Source: Eledone cirrhosa
Taxonomy: Eukaryota
NCBI GenBank assembly: GCA_964016885.1
Contig: OZ024744.1
Coordinates: forward strand, 30,132,001 to 30,196,000
Direction: 5' to 3'
Length of the DNA: 64,000 bases
Part shown: in pieces, positions 1 through 14,708 of the stretch
Numbering within the stretch: the first letter of the stretch is position 1
How the letters are laid out: every line of letters begins with the position of its first letter
Notes under the pieces: generated by a model
Databases searched by the model: none
What the model saw: the letters and a program-made list of their open reading frames with translations, nothing else
Told to the model about the DNA's origin: nothing
Translations under genes and position numbers: made by a program

Positions 1-3000
1 CCTCTGTGTAAATAGGACAGTCACACCTACATCTGACCATGGATACACCTAGAACACAAAGTAATCAATGTATGTCCCTCTATGTAAATAGGACAGTCAC
101 ACCTACATCTGACTATAGATACACATAGAACACAAAGTAATCAATGTATGTCCCTCTATGTAAATAGGACAGTCACACCTACATCTGACTATAGATACAC
201 GTAGAACACAATGTAATCACTGTGTGTCCCTCTATGTAAATAGGACAGTCACACCTACATCTGACCATAGATACACCTAGAACACAAAGTACTCACTGTA
301 TGTCCCTCTATGTAAATATAACAGTCACACCTACATCTGACCATAGATACACATAGAACACAAAGTACTCAATGTATGTCCCTCTATGTAAATAGGACAG
401 TCACACCTACATCTGACCATAGATACACCTAGAACACAAAGTAATCACTGTATGTCCCTAAGTGTAAATAGGACAGTCACACCTACATCTGACCATAGAT
501 ACACCTAGAACACAAAGTAATCACTGTATGTCCCTCTATGTAAATAGTACAGTCACACCTACATGTGACTATAGATACACCTAGAACACAAAGTAATCAC
601 TGTACGTCCCTGTATGTAAATAGGACAGTCACACCTACATCTGACCATAGATACACCTAGAACAGAAAGTAATCAATGTATGTCCCTCTATGTAAATAGT
701 ACAATCACACCTACATCTGACTATAGATACACCTAGAGCACAAAGTAATCACTGTATGTCCCTCTATGTAAATAGTACAGTCACAACTACATCTGACTAT
801 AGATACACCTAGAACACAAAGTAATCAATGTATGTCCCTATATGTAAATAGGACAGTTACACCCACATCTGACCATATATACACCTAGAACATAAAGTAC
901 TCACTGTATGTCCCTCTATGTAAATATGACAGTCACACCTACATCTGACCATAGATACACATAGAACACAAAGTAATCAATGTATGTCCCTCTATGTAAA
1001 TAGGACAGTCACACCTACATTTGACCATAGATACACCTAGAACACAAAGTAATCACTGTATGTCCCTAAGTGTAAATAGGACAGTCACACCTACATCTGA
1101 CCATAGATACACCTAGAACACAAAGTAATCACTGTATGTCCCTCTATGTAAATAGGAGAGTCACACCTATATCTGACCATGGATACACCTAGAACACAAA
1201 GTAATCACTGTATCTCCCTCTATGTAAATAGTACAGTCACACCTACATCTGACTATAGATACACCTAGAACACAAAGTAATCACTGTATGTCCCTCTATG
1301 TAAATAGTACAGTCACAACTACATCTGACTATAGATACACCTAGAACACAAAGTAATCACTGTATGTCCCTCTATGTAAATAGTACAGTCACACCTTCAT
1401 CTGACTATAGATACACCTAGAACACAAAGTAATCACTCTACGTCCCTCTATGTAAATAGGACAGTCACACCTACATCTGACCATAGATACACCTAGAACA
1501 CAAAGTAATCAATGTATGTCCCTCTATGTAAATAGGACAGTCACACCTACATCTGACTATAGATACACATAGAACACAAAGTAATCAATGTATGTCCCTC
1601 TATGTAAATAGGACAGTCACACCTATATCTGACTATAGATACACCTAGAACACAAAGTAATCACTGTGTGTCCCTCTATGTAAATAGTACAGTCACACCT
1701 ACATCTGACTATAGATACACCTAGAACACAAAGTAATCACTGTATGTCCCTCTATGTAAATAGTACAGTCACACCTTCATCTGACTATAGATACACCTAG
1801 AACACAAAGTAATCACTGCACGTCCCTCTATGTAAATAGGACAGTCACACCTACATCTGACCATAGATACACCTAGAACACAAAGTAATCACTGTATGTC
1901 CCTCTATGTAAATAGGACAGTCACACTTACATCTGAATATATATACACCTAGAACACAAAGTAATCACTGTATGTCCCTAAGTTTCAATAGGACAGTCAC
2001 ACCTACATCTGACTATAGATACACATAGAACACAAAGTAATCACTGTATTTCCCTCCATGTAAATAGGACAGTCACATCTACATCTGACCATAGATACAC
2101 CTAGAACACGAAGTAATCACTGTATGTACTTCTAGGTAAATAGGACAGTCTCACCTACATCTGACTATTAGATACACCTAGAACACAAAGTAATCAATGT
2201 ATGTCCCTCTATGTAAATAGGACAGTCACACCTACATCTGACTATAGATACACCTAGAGCACAAAGTAATCACTGTATGTCCCTCTATGTAAATAGGACA
2301 GTCACACCTACATCTGACTATAGATACACCTAGAACACAAAGTAATCACTGTATGTCCCTCTATGTAAATAGGACAGTCACACCTACATCTGACCATAGA
2401 TACACCTAGAACACAAAGTAATCACTGTATGTCCCTAAGTGTAAATAGGACAGTCACACCTACATCTGACCATAGATACACCTAGAACACAAAGTAATCA
2501 CTGTATGTCCCTCTATGTAAATAGGACAGTCACACCTATATCTGACCATGGATACACCTAGAACACAAAGTAATCACTGTATCTCCCTGTATGTAAATGG
2601 AACAGTCACAACAACATCTGACTATAGATACACCTAGAACACAAAGTAATCACTGTATGTCCCTCTATGTAAATAGGACAGTCACACCTACATCTGACTA
2701 TAGATACACCTAGAACACAAAGTACTCACTGTATGTCCCTCTATGTACATAGGACAGTCACTCCTACATCTGATTATAGATACACCTAGAACACAAAGTA
2801 ATCACTGTATGTCCCTCTATGTTAAATAGTACAGTCACTCCTACATCTGACCATAGATACACCTCGAATACAAAGTAATCACTGTATGTGCCTCTATGTA
2901 AATAGGACAGTCACACCTACATCTGACTATAGATACACCTAGAGCACAAAGTAATCACTGTATGTCCCTCTATGTAAATAGGACAGTCACACCTACATCT

Positions 3001-6000
3001 GACTATAGATACACCTAGAACACAAAATAATCACTGTATGTCCCTCTATGTAATTAGGACAGTCACACCTACATCTGACTATAGATACAGCTAGAAGACA
3101 AAGTAATCACTGTATGTCCCTCTATGTAAACAGGACAGTCACACCTACATCTGACTATAGATACACCTAGAACACAAAGTAATCACTCTATATCCCTCTA
3201 GGTAAATAGGACAGTCTCACCTACATCTGACTATTAGATACACGTAGAACACAAAGTAATCAATGTATGTCCCTCTATGTAAATAGGACAGTCACACCTA
3301 CATCTGACTATAGATACACCTAGAACACAAAGTAATCACTGTATGTTCCTCTATGTAAATAGGAAAGTCACACCTACATCTGACTATAGATACACCTAGA
3401 ACTCAAAGTAATCAATGTATGTTCCTCTATGTAAATAGGACAGTCACACCTACATCTGACTATAGATACACGTAGAATACAAAGTAATCACTCTATGTCC
3501 CTGTATGTAAATAGGACAGTTACACTTACATCTGACCATAGATACACCAAGAACACAAAATAATCACTGTATGTCCCTGTATGTTAATGGAACAGTCACA
3601 CCAACATCTGACTATAGATACACCTAGAACACAAAGTAATCACTGTATGTCCCTCTATGTAAATAGGACAGTCACACCTACATCTGACTATAGATACACC
3701 TAGAACACAAAGTAATCACTGTGTGTCCCTCTATGTAAATAGGACAGTCACACCTACATCTGACCATAGATACACCTAGAACACAAAGTAATCACTGTAT
3801 GTCCCTATCTGTAAATAGGACAGTTACACCCACATCTGACCATATATACACCTAGAACACAAAGTACTAACTGTATCTCCCTCTATGTAAATATGACAGT
3901 CACACCTACATCTGATCATAGATACACATAGAACACAAAGTAATCACTGTATGTCCCTCTATGTAAATAGGACAGTCACACCTATATCTGACCATGGATA
4001 CACCTAGAACACAAAGTAATCACTGTATCTCCCTGTATGTAAATGGAACAGTCACACCTACATCTGACCATAGATACACCTAGAACACAAAGTAATCACT
4101 GTGTGTCCCTCTATGTAAATAGTACAGTCACACCTACATCTGACTATAGATACACCTAGAACACAAAGTAATCACTGTATGTCCCTCTATGTAAATAGTA
4201 CAGTCACACCTTCATCTGACTATAGATACACCTAGAACACAAAGTAATCACTGTACGTCCCTCTATGTAAATAGGACAGTCACACCTACATCTGACCATA
4301 GATACACCTAGAACACAAAGTAATCAATGTATGTCCCTCTATGTAAGTAGGACAGTCACACCTACATCTGACTATAGATACACATAGAACACAAAGTAAT
4401 CAATGTATGTCCCTCTATGTAAATAGGACAGTCACACCTACATCTGACTATAGATACACCTAGAACACAAAGTAATCACTGTGTGTCCCTCTATGTAAAT
4501 AGGACAGTCACACCTACATCTGACCATAGATACACCTAGAACACAAAGTAATCACTGTATGTCCCTATATGTAAATAGCACAGTCACACACACATCTGAC
4601 CATATATACACCTAGAACACAAAGTACTCACTGTATGTCCCTCTATGTAAATATGACAGTCACACCTACATCTGACCATAGATACACATAGAACACAAAG
4701 TACTCAATGTATGTCCCTCTATGTAAATAGGACAGTCACACCTACATCTGACCATAGATACACCTAGAACACAAAGTAATCACTGTATGTCCCTAACTGT
4801 AAATAGGACAGTCACACCTACATCTGACCATAGATACACCTAGAACACAAAGTAATCACTGTATGTCCCTCTATGTAAATAGTACAGTCACACCTACATC
4901 TGACTATAGATACACCTAGAACACAAAGTAATCACTGTATGTCCCTCTATGTAAATAGTACAGTCACACCTACATCTGACTATAGATACACCTAGAACAC
5001 AAAGTAATCACTGTATGTCCCTCTATGTAAATAGTACAGTCACACCTACATCTGACTATAGATACACCTAGAACACAAAGTAATCACTGTACGTCCCTCT
5101 ATGTAAATAGGACAGTCACACCTACATCTGACCATAGATACACCTAGAACAGAAAGTAATCAATGTATGTCCCTCTATGTAAATAGGACAGTCACACCTA
5201 CATCTGACTATAGATACACATAGAACACAAAGTAATCAATGTATGTCCCTCTATGTAAATAGGACAGTCACTCCTACATCTGATTATAGATACACCTAGA
5301 ACACAAAGTAATCACTGTATGTCCCTCTATGTTAAATAGTACAGTCACTCCTACATCTGACCATAGATACACCTCGAATACAAAGTAATCACTGTATGTG
5401 CCTCTATGTAAATAGGACAGTCACACCTACATCTGACTATAGATACACCTAGAACACAAAGTAATCACTGTATGTCCATCTATGTAAATAGGACAGTCAC
5501 ACCTACATCTGACCATAGATACACCTAGAACACAAAGTAATCACTGTCTGTCCCTCTATGTAAATAGGACAGTCACACCTACATCTGACTATAGATACAC
5601 CTAGAACACAAAATAATCACTGTATGTCCCTCTATGTAATTAGGTCAGTCACACCTACATCTGACTATAGATACAGCTAGAACACAAAGTAATCACTGTA
5701 TGTCCCTCTATGTAAACAGGACAGTCACACCTACATCTGACTATAGATACACCTAGAACACAAAGTAATCACTGTATGTCCCTCTATGTAAACAGGACAG
5801 TCACACCTACATCTGACTATAGATACACGTAGAATACAAAGTAATCACTCTATGTCCCTGTATGTAAATAGGACAGTTACACTTACATCTGACCATAGAT
5901 ACACCAAGAACACAAAGTAATCACTGTATGTCCCTGTATGTTAATGGAACAGTCACACCAACATCTGACTATAGATACACCTAGAACACAAAGTAATCAC

Positions 6001-8182
6001 TGTATGTCCCTCTATGTAAATAGGACAGTCACACCTACATCTGACTATAGATACACCTAGAACACAAAGTAATCACTGTGTGTCCCTCTATGTAAATAGG
6101 ACAGTCACACCTACATCTGACCATAGATACACCTAGAACACAAAGTAATCACTGTATGTCCCTATCTGTAAATAGGACAGTTACACCCACATCTGACCAT
6201 ATATACACCTAGAACACAAAGTACTAACTGTATGTCCCTCTATGTAAATATGACAGTCACACCTACATCTGATCATAGATACACATAGAACACAAAGTAA
6301 TCACTGTATGTCCCTCTATGTAAATAGGACAGTCACACCTATATCTGACCATGGATACACCTAGAACACAAAGTAATCACTGTATCTCCCTGTATGTAAA
6401 TGGAACAGTCACACCTACATCTGACCATAGATACACCTAGAACACAAAGTAATCACTGTGTGTCCCTCTATGTAAATAGTACAGTCACACCTACATCTGA
6501 CTATAGATACACCTAGAACACAAAGTAATCACTGTATGTCCCTCTATGTAAATAGTACAGTCACACCTTCATCTGACTATAGATACACCTAGAACACAAA
6601 GTAATCACTGTACGTCCCTCTATGTAAATAGGACAGTCACACCTACATCTGACCATAGATACACCTAGAACACAAAGTAATCAATGTATGTCCCTCTATG
6701 TAAATAGGACAGTCACACCTACATCTGACTATAGATACACATAGAACACAAAGTAATCAATGTATGTCCCTCTATGTAAATAGGACAGTCACACCTACAT
6801 CTGACTATAGATACACCTAGAACACAAAGTAATCACTGTGTGTCCCTCTATGTAAATAGGACAGTCACACCTACATCTGACCATAGATACACCTAGAACA
6901 CAAAGTAATCACTGTATGTCCCTATATGTAAATAGCACAGTCACACACACATCTGACCATATATACACCTAGAACACAAAGTACTCACTGTATGTCCCTC
7001 TATGTAAATATGACAGTCACACCTACATCTGACCATAGATACACATAGAACACAAAGTACTCAATGTATGTCCCTCTATGTAAATAGGACAGTCACACCT
7101 ACATCTGACCATAGATACACCTAGAACACAAAGTAATCACTGTATGTCCCTAACTGTAAATAGGACAGTCACACCTACATCTGACCATAGATACACCTAG
7201 AACACAAAGTAATCACTGTATGTCCCTCTATGTAAATAGTACAGTCACACCTACATCTGACTATAGATACACCTAGAACACAAAGTAATCACTGTACGTC
7301 CCTCTATGTAAATAGGACAGTCACACCTACATCTGACCATAGATACACCTAGAACAGAAAGTAATCAATGTATGTCCCTCTATGTAAATAGGACAGTCAC
7401 ACCTACATCTGACTATAGATACACATAGAACACAAAGTAATCAATGTATGCCCCTCTATGTAAATAGGACAGTCACTCCTACATCTGATTATAGATACAC
7501 CTAGAACACAAAGTAATCACTGTATGTCCCTCTATGTTAAATAGTACAGTCACTCCTACATCTGACCATAGATACACCTCGAATACAAAGTAATCACTGT
7601 ATGTGCCTCTATGTAAATAGGACAGTCACACCTACATCTGACTATAGATACACCTAGAACACAAAGTAATCACTGTATGTCCATCTATGTAAATAGGACA
7701 GTCACACCTACATCTGACCATAGATACACCTAGAACACAAAGTAATCACTGTCTGTCCCTCTATGTAAATAGGACAGTCACACCTACATCTGACTATAGA
7801 TACACCTAGAACACAAAATAATCACTGTATGTCCCTCTATGTAATTAGGTCAGTCACACCTACATCTGACTATAGATACAGCTAGAACACAAAGTAATCA
7901 CTGTATGTCCCTCTATGTAAACAGGACAGTCACACCTACATCTGACTATAGATACACCTAGAACACAAAGTAATCACTGTATGTCCCTCTATGTAAATAG
8001 GACAGTCACACCTACATCTGACCATAGATACACCTAGAACACAAAGTAATCAATGTATGTCCCTCTATGTAAATAGGACAGTCACACCTACATCTGACTA
8101 TAGATACACCTAGAACACAAAGTAATCACTGTATGTCCCTCTATGTAAATAGGACAGTCACACCTACATCTGACCATAGATA
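1..8182. repeat. Tandem satellite, 76-bp monomer (~107 copies visible; extends beyond window start)
   Basis: Unit cctctatgtaaataggacagtcacacctacatctgacyatagatacacctagaacacaaagtaatcactgtatgtc restarts at 1, 77, 381 (5x76); ends abruptly near 8182. Confidence 0.98.
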
Positions 8183-8265
8183 AATATTGAGTTTTGTCAT
8201 AAGTTAATCCCTACCTTGATTGAATCTTAACCATCTACCATGTCAGGGTATGTCATGTATCATTG

Positions 8266-8332
8266 TATTTTATCTGATGAGGACGTACTGTTGAACTTAA
8301 CTCAGTACCTCTGAAACATGTATAATAAAATA
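8266..8332 (+). ncRNA. Minimal type I hammerhead ribozyme in a PLE pLTR-like end (stem I imperfect)
   Basis: CTGATGA 8274-8280, stem II gtactg/cagtac, GAAAC-AT-GTA (palindromic stem III), AATAAA directly downstream, then (TA)n. Confidence 0.7.
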
Positions 8333-8372
8333 TAATTGATCACAAGAATATCTATTTTGTTAATATTTTGAA

Positions 8373-8415
<43 letters not shown>

Positions 8416-8859
8416 AAGTATGTATGTATGTATACATACATACATATATGTATATAGACGTCAGTGTTGAACAAAAAGGTGACGTGTTTGCCTAAACACT
8501 GTACGGCGTAATTCGGGCTGTTTGTTTGTTTTGTAAACAAACCGAGCATTATAATAAATGTTCGGTAAACCGATACGTGCATATATATATGTGTGCATGT
8601 ATGTATATATATATATACTACTGTACGTCTGTATACATATATGTAAGCACAAAACGTAAATGCATTTTACAAAGAAAAGTGTGAATGTAACAACTGATAA
8701 TGCAAAGTCAATATAAGGGAGCAGAGAAAATGAATGCTCAATGGTAAGTTCAAAGTTTTTCAAAGTTTTTCAAAGTCAAATAGTTCATACATCACCAGTG
8801 TACAGACTTTCTGACACTAGTTCTATCTGAAAATTGAAAAAGAAGTTTTGTTAATGCCA

Positions 8860-9954
8860 CTAGGGGTTAGATGTATATTGTTTTGAGAGTTTTCGTGGCC
8901 ATTTTACCGTCCTGCCACCTCGTGTGACATAAGGTTGTGTGGTATGTAGTGTTTGTGGTGGAGCTGAAGGTGTTGATGTGGGAGTGTATGTACGAGGTAT
9001 GTCAGGCAGTGTAATGAGACTTTCAGAGAAAGCCTTCTTTGCTCTGTCAATGGATATTGTCTCTTTTCGACCATTGACAGCCACTGTGAAATGTTTGGGG
9101 GTGTGCGAAAGCACACGAAAAGTTCCATTGTAGGGTGACGTAAGCGGTCCCTTGAAGGAATCATTCCGTATAAAAATGTGTCCACTTAGAGATGTCCGAT
9201 GGGACAGCAGAAGAAATAGACTGGTCACGAGTGTTCATCGGTGGAAGATCCGGGAAATACGAACGAATCCTGGTAACATATGATGCTAGGCGAAGGTGTG
9301 ATGAATCCACTGGTGCTAACATTTTTCCAGGAAGAGACAATGGGGTACCATAAAGAAGTTCAGCAGAAGAAAAACCCTAAATCTGTCTTAATGGCAGAAC
9401 GACAACCAAGAAGGACGATTGGCAAATATTCGGTCCAGCGTTGCGGATCAGGAGTAGAGCGAAGTGCAGGTTTCAACTGTCTATGAAACCTCTCCACCAT
9501 TCTATTGGAGGCTGGGTGATAGCTGGTCGTATGAATGTGATGAGTACCCAAGACTCGTGATATTTCACGAAATAAGGAAGCTTCAAATTGGCGTCCACGA
9601 TCCGTAGTTTTAGTAGGAACACCAAAACGAGCAATCCAATTGGAAATGAAAGCTCGGGCAATGGACTCTGCCGTTATGTCCACTAGTGGTATGGCTTCAG
9701 GCCACCGAGAGGAACGATCGATACAAGTCAATATATATATGAACCCACGGACCAACAATATCCATGTGAATATGACGGAAACATGCGTCTGGCGGGCTGA
9801 ATTTCCCAATAGAAGCGCGGACATGCCGATAAATCTTAGAGGGCTGACACTTCAAACAAGGATGAGCCCAACTGGTGATTAAACGACGCATATTAGGCCA
9901 GAAGAATCGAGCCGTAATAAGCTTTACCGTGGCAGCTATGCCAGGATACGACAA
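8860..9954 (-). pseudogene. pol: Gypsy pol: integrase (Zn-binding, core, GPY/F module), frameshifted
   Basis: [51 protein letters not shown]. Confidence 0.9.
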
Positions 9955-10075
9955 GGAATGAAGTGCATCAAAAACGGTACACTGATGACAATCTGGAACA
10001 AGTGGTCTGGGTGAACCAGTAGAAATATCGCAAAGAATTTTTCCTTCAGCAGATGGAAGAGGTAAATAATCAAAC

Positions 10076-10699
10076 TTACAGCAGGAAAGCTTGGGGAGAA
10101 GAAATTTCCAACGAATCCAAAGTAGGTTGGTCAGTTGCTATGGCAACCAAATCGATGTGTGCAGGAGACGCAAGAGAACACACAGAAAGTCGAGATAGTG
10201 CATCTGCAGGTATGTTGGCAGTTCCAGCTATATGACGAATGTCACTGGTATACTGGGAAATGAGATCCAGATGCCTATACGCTCTCGGAGAGTACCTGTC
10301 GGATTTGGTTTGAAGAGCGAATGTGAGTGGTTTATGGTCTGTGAATACCGTGAATTCCCGACCTTCAAGAAGATGGTGGAAATGTCTCACAGCAAGATAA
10401 ATCGCTAGAAGCTCTCTGTCAAAAGTACTGTAACGTTGCTCTGCTAGTTTTAGTTGGCGTGAGAAAAACGCCAGTGGTTGAACCTGGTGATCGATCGCAC
10501 GTTGCAAAACTGCACCAACAGCATGATCGGATGCATCAACAGATAAGGAACGTCTCGCGTTTGAAACAGGATGGGCGAGGAAGGAAACTTCAGCTATCTC
10601 AGACTTGACGGATTCAAAAGACTGCAAAGCATCAACAGGAAGTGAAATAGGAGCATCTTTCTTTTTTGCAGTCTTTAAAAGCTGTGTCAAGAGGAACAA
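10076..10699 (-). pseudogene. pol: Gypsy pol: RNase H
   Basis: DASDHAVGAVL, YSTFDRELLAI, FTDHKPL, NIPADALSR. Confidence 0.95.
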
Positions 10700-10884
10700 C
10701 TTGTCCGCACAGTTAGGGATGAAACGATGAAATGACGTAATTGTTTCAAGGATGTTGGTGGTGCGATATACTGAATCGCTTCTACCTTAGATGGCAAAGG
10801 TCGAATGCCTTCTGAATCTATAAGATGTCCAAGGAATTCGAGTGAATCTGTACCAAAAACACACTTAGCTGGGTTGATTCTGAC

Positions 10885-11877
10885 TTAGTAGGATCGAAGA
10901 CGTTGAAATAACTGGGATAGATGTTGATGATGGTGCTCAGTTGAATCACTGGCTATCAGGAGATCATCCACGTAAGCAAACACGAAATCCAATTCACGCG
11001 TGACTTCATCGATAAAACGTTGGAGCGTACTAGATGCATTCCGCAAACCAAAAGGCATGGACAGAAATTCAAACGAACCAAAAGGAGTGGTCACAGTTGT
11101 TTTTGATATGTCTTCTGGATGCATGTGTATTTGATGGTAAGCCCGTACCAGATTTATTTTAGAAAATATCTTGCATCCATGCAGAACGGATGAAAAATCC
11201 TGTAAATTTGGTAAAGGATAACGATCAGGTGTAGTGATGGCATTAAGTCGTCTATAATCTCTCACAGGTCTAAAATCCGCCTGACCCTTAGGAGCCAAAT
11301 GAAGCGGAGATGCCCATGGGGTGGTGGACGGTCGTATAAGACCAAGCTGAAGCATGTGTTCGAACTCATCCTTGGCTTTCTTTAGCCTGTCCGGAGCCAA
11401 CCTACGTGAACGAGAAAAAACAGGCGGAGCAGTTGTTGTAATAAAATGTCGAGTCGAGTGGACTACTTGGTTCGGTTTAAATGAAATGTCAGTTAACTCG
11501 GGAAACCAGGCAAGAAGTGAATGAAACTGGTTTCCAGAGGCAGCTATAAAACACGCGGGACTTATGACAGTAGCAGTAGACCTGCGAGCAGGCGTAGATA
11601 AGGATGTGGTACCATCCACAAGTTTCTGTCTCCTGACATCTACCAACAGTGAGTAGTGGTGTACAAAATCAGCACCGCGAATAGGATGAGGTAGGGCCAC
11701 AACGACGAAAATCCATTTAAAATCTCGGCGCAAAGCTATGTCCAATGATAAAGATATTTGTCCATAGGTTTTTATAGGAGACTGGTTTACTGCATACAAG
11801 GAAATGCCGGAAAAATTTGGCTTGGTAGAGCTGAACCGAAGAGGCCAAATACTGCAACTAGATCCTGTGTCGACCAT
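10885..11877 (-). pseudogene. pol: Gypsy pol: aspartic protease + reverse transcriptase
   Basis: VDTGS protease motif; PWASPL, DYRRLN, DRYPLP, MPFGLRNA, YVDD. Confidence 0.95.
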
Positions 11878-12778
11878 AAATGATTTGTTTGAAACTCAGT
11901 CTCTGATAAAGAAAGCACGATAAGGTGAATTAATGAGGGAGAGGTCTGCCGTGTCCAGACTCTCCAATTTTAGTTTTCCGCGGTCTCGAAAGAGCAGGGC
12001 TGAATACAGTGTTTTGCCTTTTCACGAAAACGCACGTGATACCAACACAAAGACGAGTTGTTGGCGCGTCATTTTGAAAAAAAAAAAAAATGATCACATC
12101 GAACGCAAGCATGCTAACCTTTTCCCAACCACATCTTATGCTTCAGGATTATACCTCGTTATGCCACGAGGACATTTGTTTACCACCTTTGTAACATGGA
12201 CTACAATAAATGCAAGTTATTTTGATACTCGTCTTGAGAAACTTATTATGCTTCAGTCATTACTTCTAATGTAGTGAGAGATAATTTTCACGCGAAGTGA
12301 ATTTGTAAGAAAATTCTTCTATCTCTTATTTTTATTAAATTTAGTAGTTGGGATCCGGTGGTACTTACTGGAGTAAGTGACCCTGGGACTAGCTCACTAA
12401 AAATGGTGACTTCCGAATACGCAGCATAACAAATTCATTCATTCAACAGCGTATAAAAGTAGTGACAAATATTTTCATACACTATTACAACTTATTGCTA
12501 CACAAATATTGCTAAACAACTCCACTAAAATGGTAAACCCAACAACTACACAGAAAAGAAAAATTATTCACGAATCCAGGAAATTCGTTTTATTTCAGTC
12601 AGTTCGTGTGGGGCGAACCAAATAGGAAACAAACATTTTTGTCCCTCGTGTCGTCGATTCAACCAGGCTTTCGTTTTTGAAGTCGCCATCTTACTTGCTC
12701 AGTGCTACATTTTACTTCAGCTATTCATGGTACAACCACGTGTGCGGCAGTTGAAACAAATTTCGCTCAGCGGCTACT

Positions 12779-13487
12779 GTGTTCATCATGAGCAATTGTT
12801 CGTTACCAACATATTCTGGTGATGCAAAGTTGTGGTTTGCACAACTGGACTCGTATTTTTCCGCCCACGGCATTCAAGCGGCACAACAAAGATTACACGT
12901 GCTCATAAGTGGAATTCCTGCATCGCTCGCAACCTCAGAGAAATACATAATCACAGATCCTCCACAAGGCACAACTTACGAAATTCTAAAGGCAGAAATA
13001 CTCAGACGGAACAGCCGTTCGTCTGAGAGCAGATTTCGTTCCTTGTTGGAGGAGGAAAACCTGAATAACAGAACCCTGTCTCAGTTTTTACGGCGCATCC
13101 GGAAACTCAACAGCAGAGGACAACTCTTTCGTGAAACAATTCTTCTTCTCCCGTTTGCCAACAAATGTGCAGACCATATTGGCAAATATGGTCGACACCA
13201 TTTCTCTGGACCAAATTGCAGCCTCGGCGGATCGCATTATAGAATTTTCTCGTGTGCCTACTTCGGTAGATTCACTGAGATCCATTGACGCGTTAACTCG
13301 TCAAGTGACTAAACTTTGTCGGGAGCGAGCACCATCCAGGTGGCGTTCACGGAATCGGTCTCCTTATCTTCATCGTCGCGCCAACTTCCCCGCCAACAAC
13401 TCGTCTTTGTGTTGGTATCACGTGCGTTTTCGTAAAGAGGCGAAACACTGTATTCAACCCTGCTCTTTCGAGACCTCGGAAAACTAA
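12779..13487 (+). pseudogene. gag: Gypsy gag (one frameshift near 13130)
   Basis: LPTYSGD..LWFAQL N-terminus; C-terminal CWYH-RF-AKHC-PC Zn motif; ends SEN-stop. Confidence 0.85.
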
Positions 13488-13579
13488 AATTGGAGAGTCT
13501 GGGCACGGCAAACCTCTCCCTCATTAATTCACCTTATCGTGCTTTCTTTATCAGAGACTGAGTTTCAAACAAATCATTT

Positions 13580-14122
13580 ATGGTCGACACAGGATCTAGT
13601 TGCAGTATTTGGCCTCTTCGGTTCAGCTCTACCAAGCCAAATTTTTCCGGCATTTCCTTGTATGCAGTAAACCAGTCTCCTATAAAAACCTATGGACAAA
13701 TATCTTTATCATTGGACATAGCTTTGCGTCGAGATTTTAAATGGATTTTCGTCGTTGTGGACCTACCTCATCCTATTCGCGGTGCTGATTTTTTACACCA
13801 CTACTCACAGCTGGTAGATGTCAGGAGACAGAAACTTGTGGATGGTACCACATCCTTATCTACGCCTGCTCGTAGGTCTACTGCTACTGTCATAAGTCCC
13901 GCGTGTTTTATAGCTGCCTCTGGAAACCAGTTTCATTCACTTCTTGCCTCGTTTCCCGAGTTAACTGACATTTCATTTAAACCGAATCAAGTAGTCCACT
14001 CCATTCGACATTTTATTAAAACAACTGCTCCGCCTGTTTTTTCTCGTCCACGTAGGTTGGCTCCGGACAGGCTAAAGAAAGCCAAGGATGAGTTCGAACA
14101 CATGCTTCAGCTTGGTCTTATA
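13580..14122 (+). pseudogene. pol: Gypsy protease and RT start, truncated by deletion
   Basis: Near-identical to ORF 10885-11877 up to LQLGLI. Confidence 0.9.
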
Positions 14123-14708
14123 ACATTTCACAGTGGCTGTCAATGGTCGAAAAGAGACAATATCCATTGACAGAGCAAAGAAGGCTTTCTCTGAAAGTCT
14201 CATTGCACTTCCTGACATACCTTGTACATACACTCCCACACCAAAACCTTCACCTCCACCGCAAATACTACATACCACACAACCTTATGTCACACGCGGT
14301 GGCAGGACGGTATAATGGCCACGAAAACTCTCAAAAACAATATACATCTAACCTCTAGTGGCATTAACAAAACTTCTTTTTCAGTTTTCAGATAGAACTA
14401 GTGTCAGAAAGTCTGTACACTGGTGATGTATGAACTATTTGACTTTGAAAAACTTTGAAAAACTTTGAACTTACCATTGAGCATTCATTTTCTCTGCTCC
14501 CTTATATTGACTTTGAATTATCAGTTGTTACATTCACACTTTTCTTTGTAAAATGCATTTACGTTTTGTGCTTTTTTTGCTATTTGCTTGCTCATGTTTT
14601 TTATTCATACATATTCTTGTACCTTTTGTTTTGCTCCTCATTTCTTACGGGTTTTCGCTACAATGACCTTCGATTGGTTATTCAACTTCTCGTCTGAGAG
14701 GGGAGTCT

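Larger units (their letters stand above)
8646..12067 (-). mobile_element. Ty3/Gypsy LTR retrotransposon, minus-strand copy: gag end, PR-RT-RNaseH-IN, 3' UTR; decayed, no LTR
   Basis: Domain order PR-RT-RH-IN across frameshifted ORFs; 3' UTR matches 14335-14572 in inverted orientation. Confidence 0.95.

Noticed and set aside
1-8182. CRISPR-like array or ribozyme satellite
   Set aside because: Monomers are contiguous with no unique spacers, there are no cas genes, and no CTGANGA/GAAA pair occurs in the unit
8456-8580. Hairpin (accgagcatt/aatgttcggt) and CRE-like gacgtca sites as a promoter
   Set aside because: Short motifs with no associated gene; insufficient evidence
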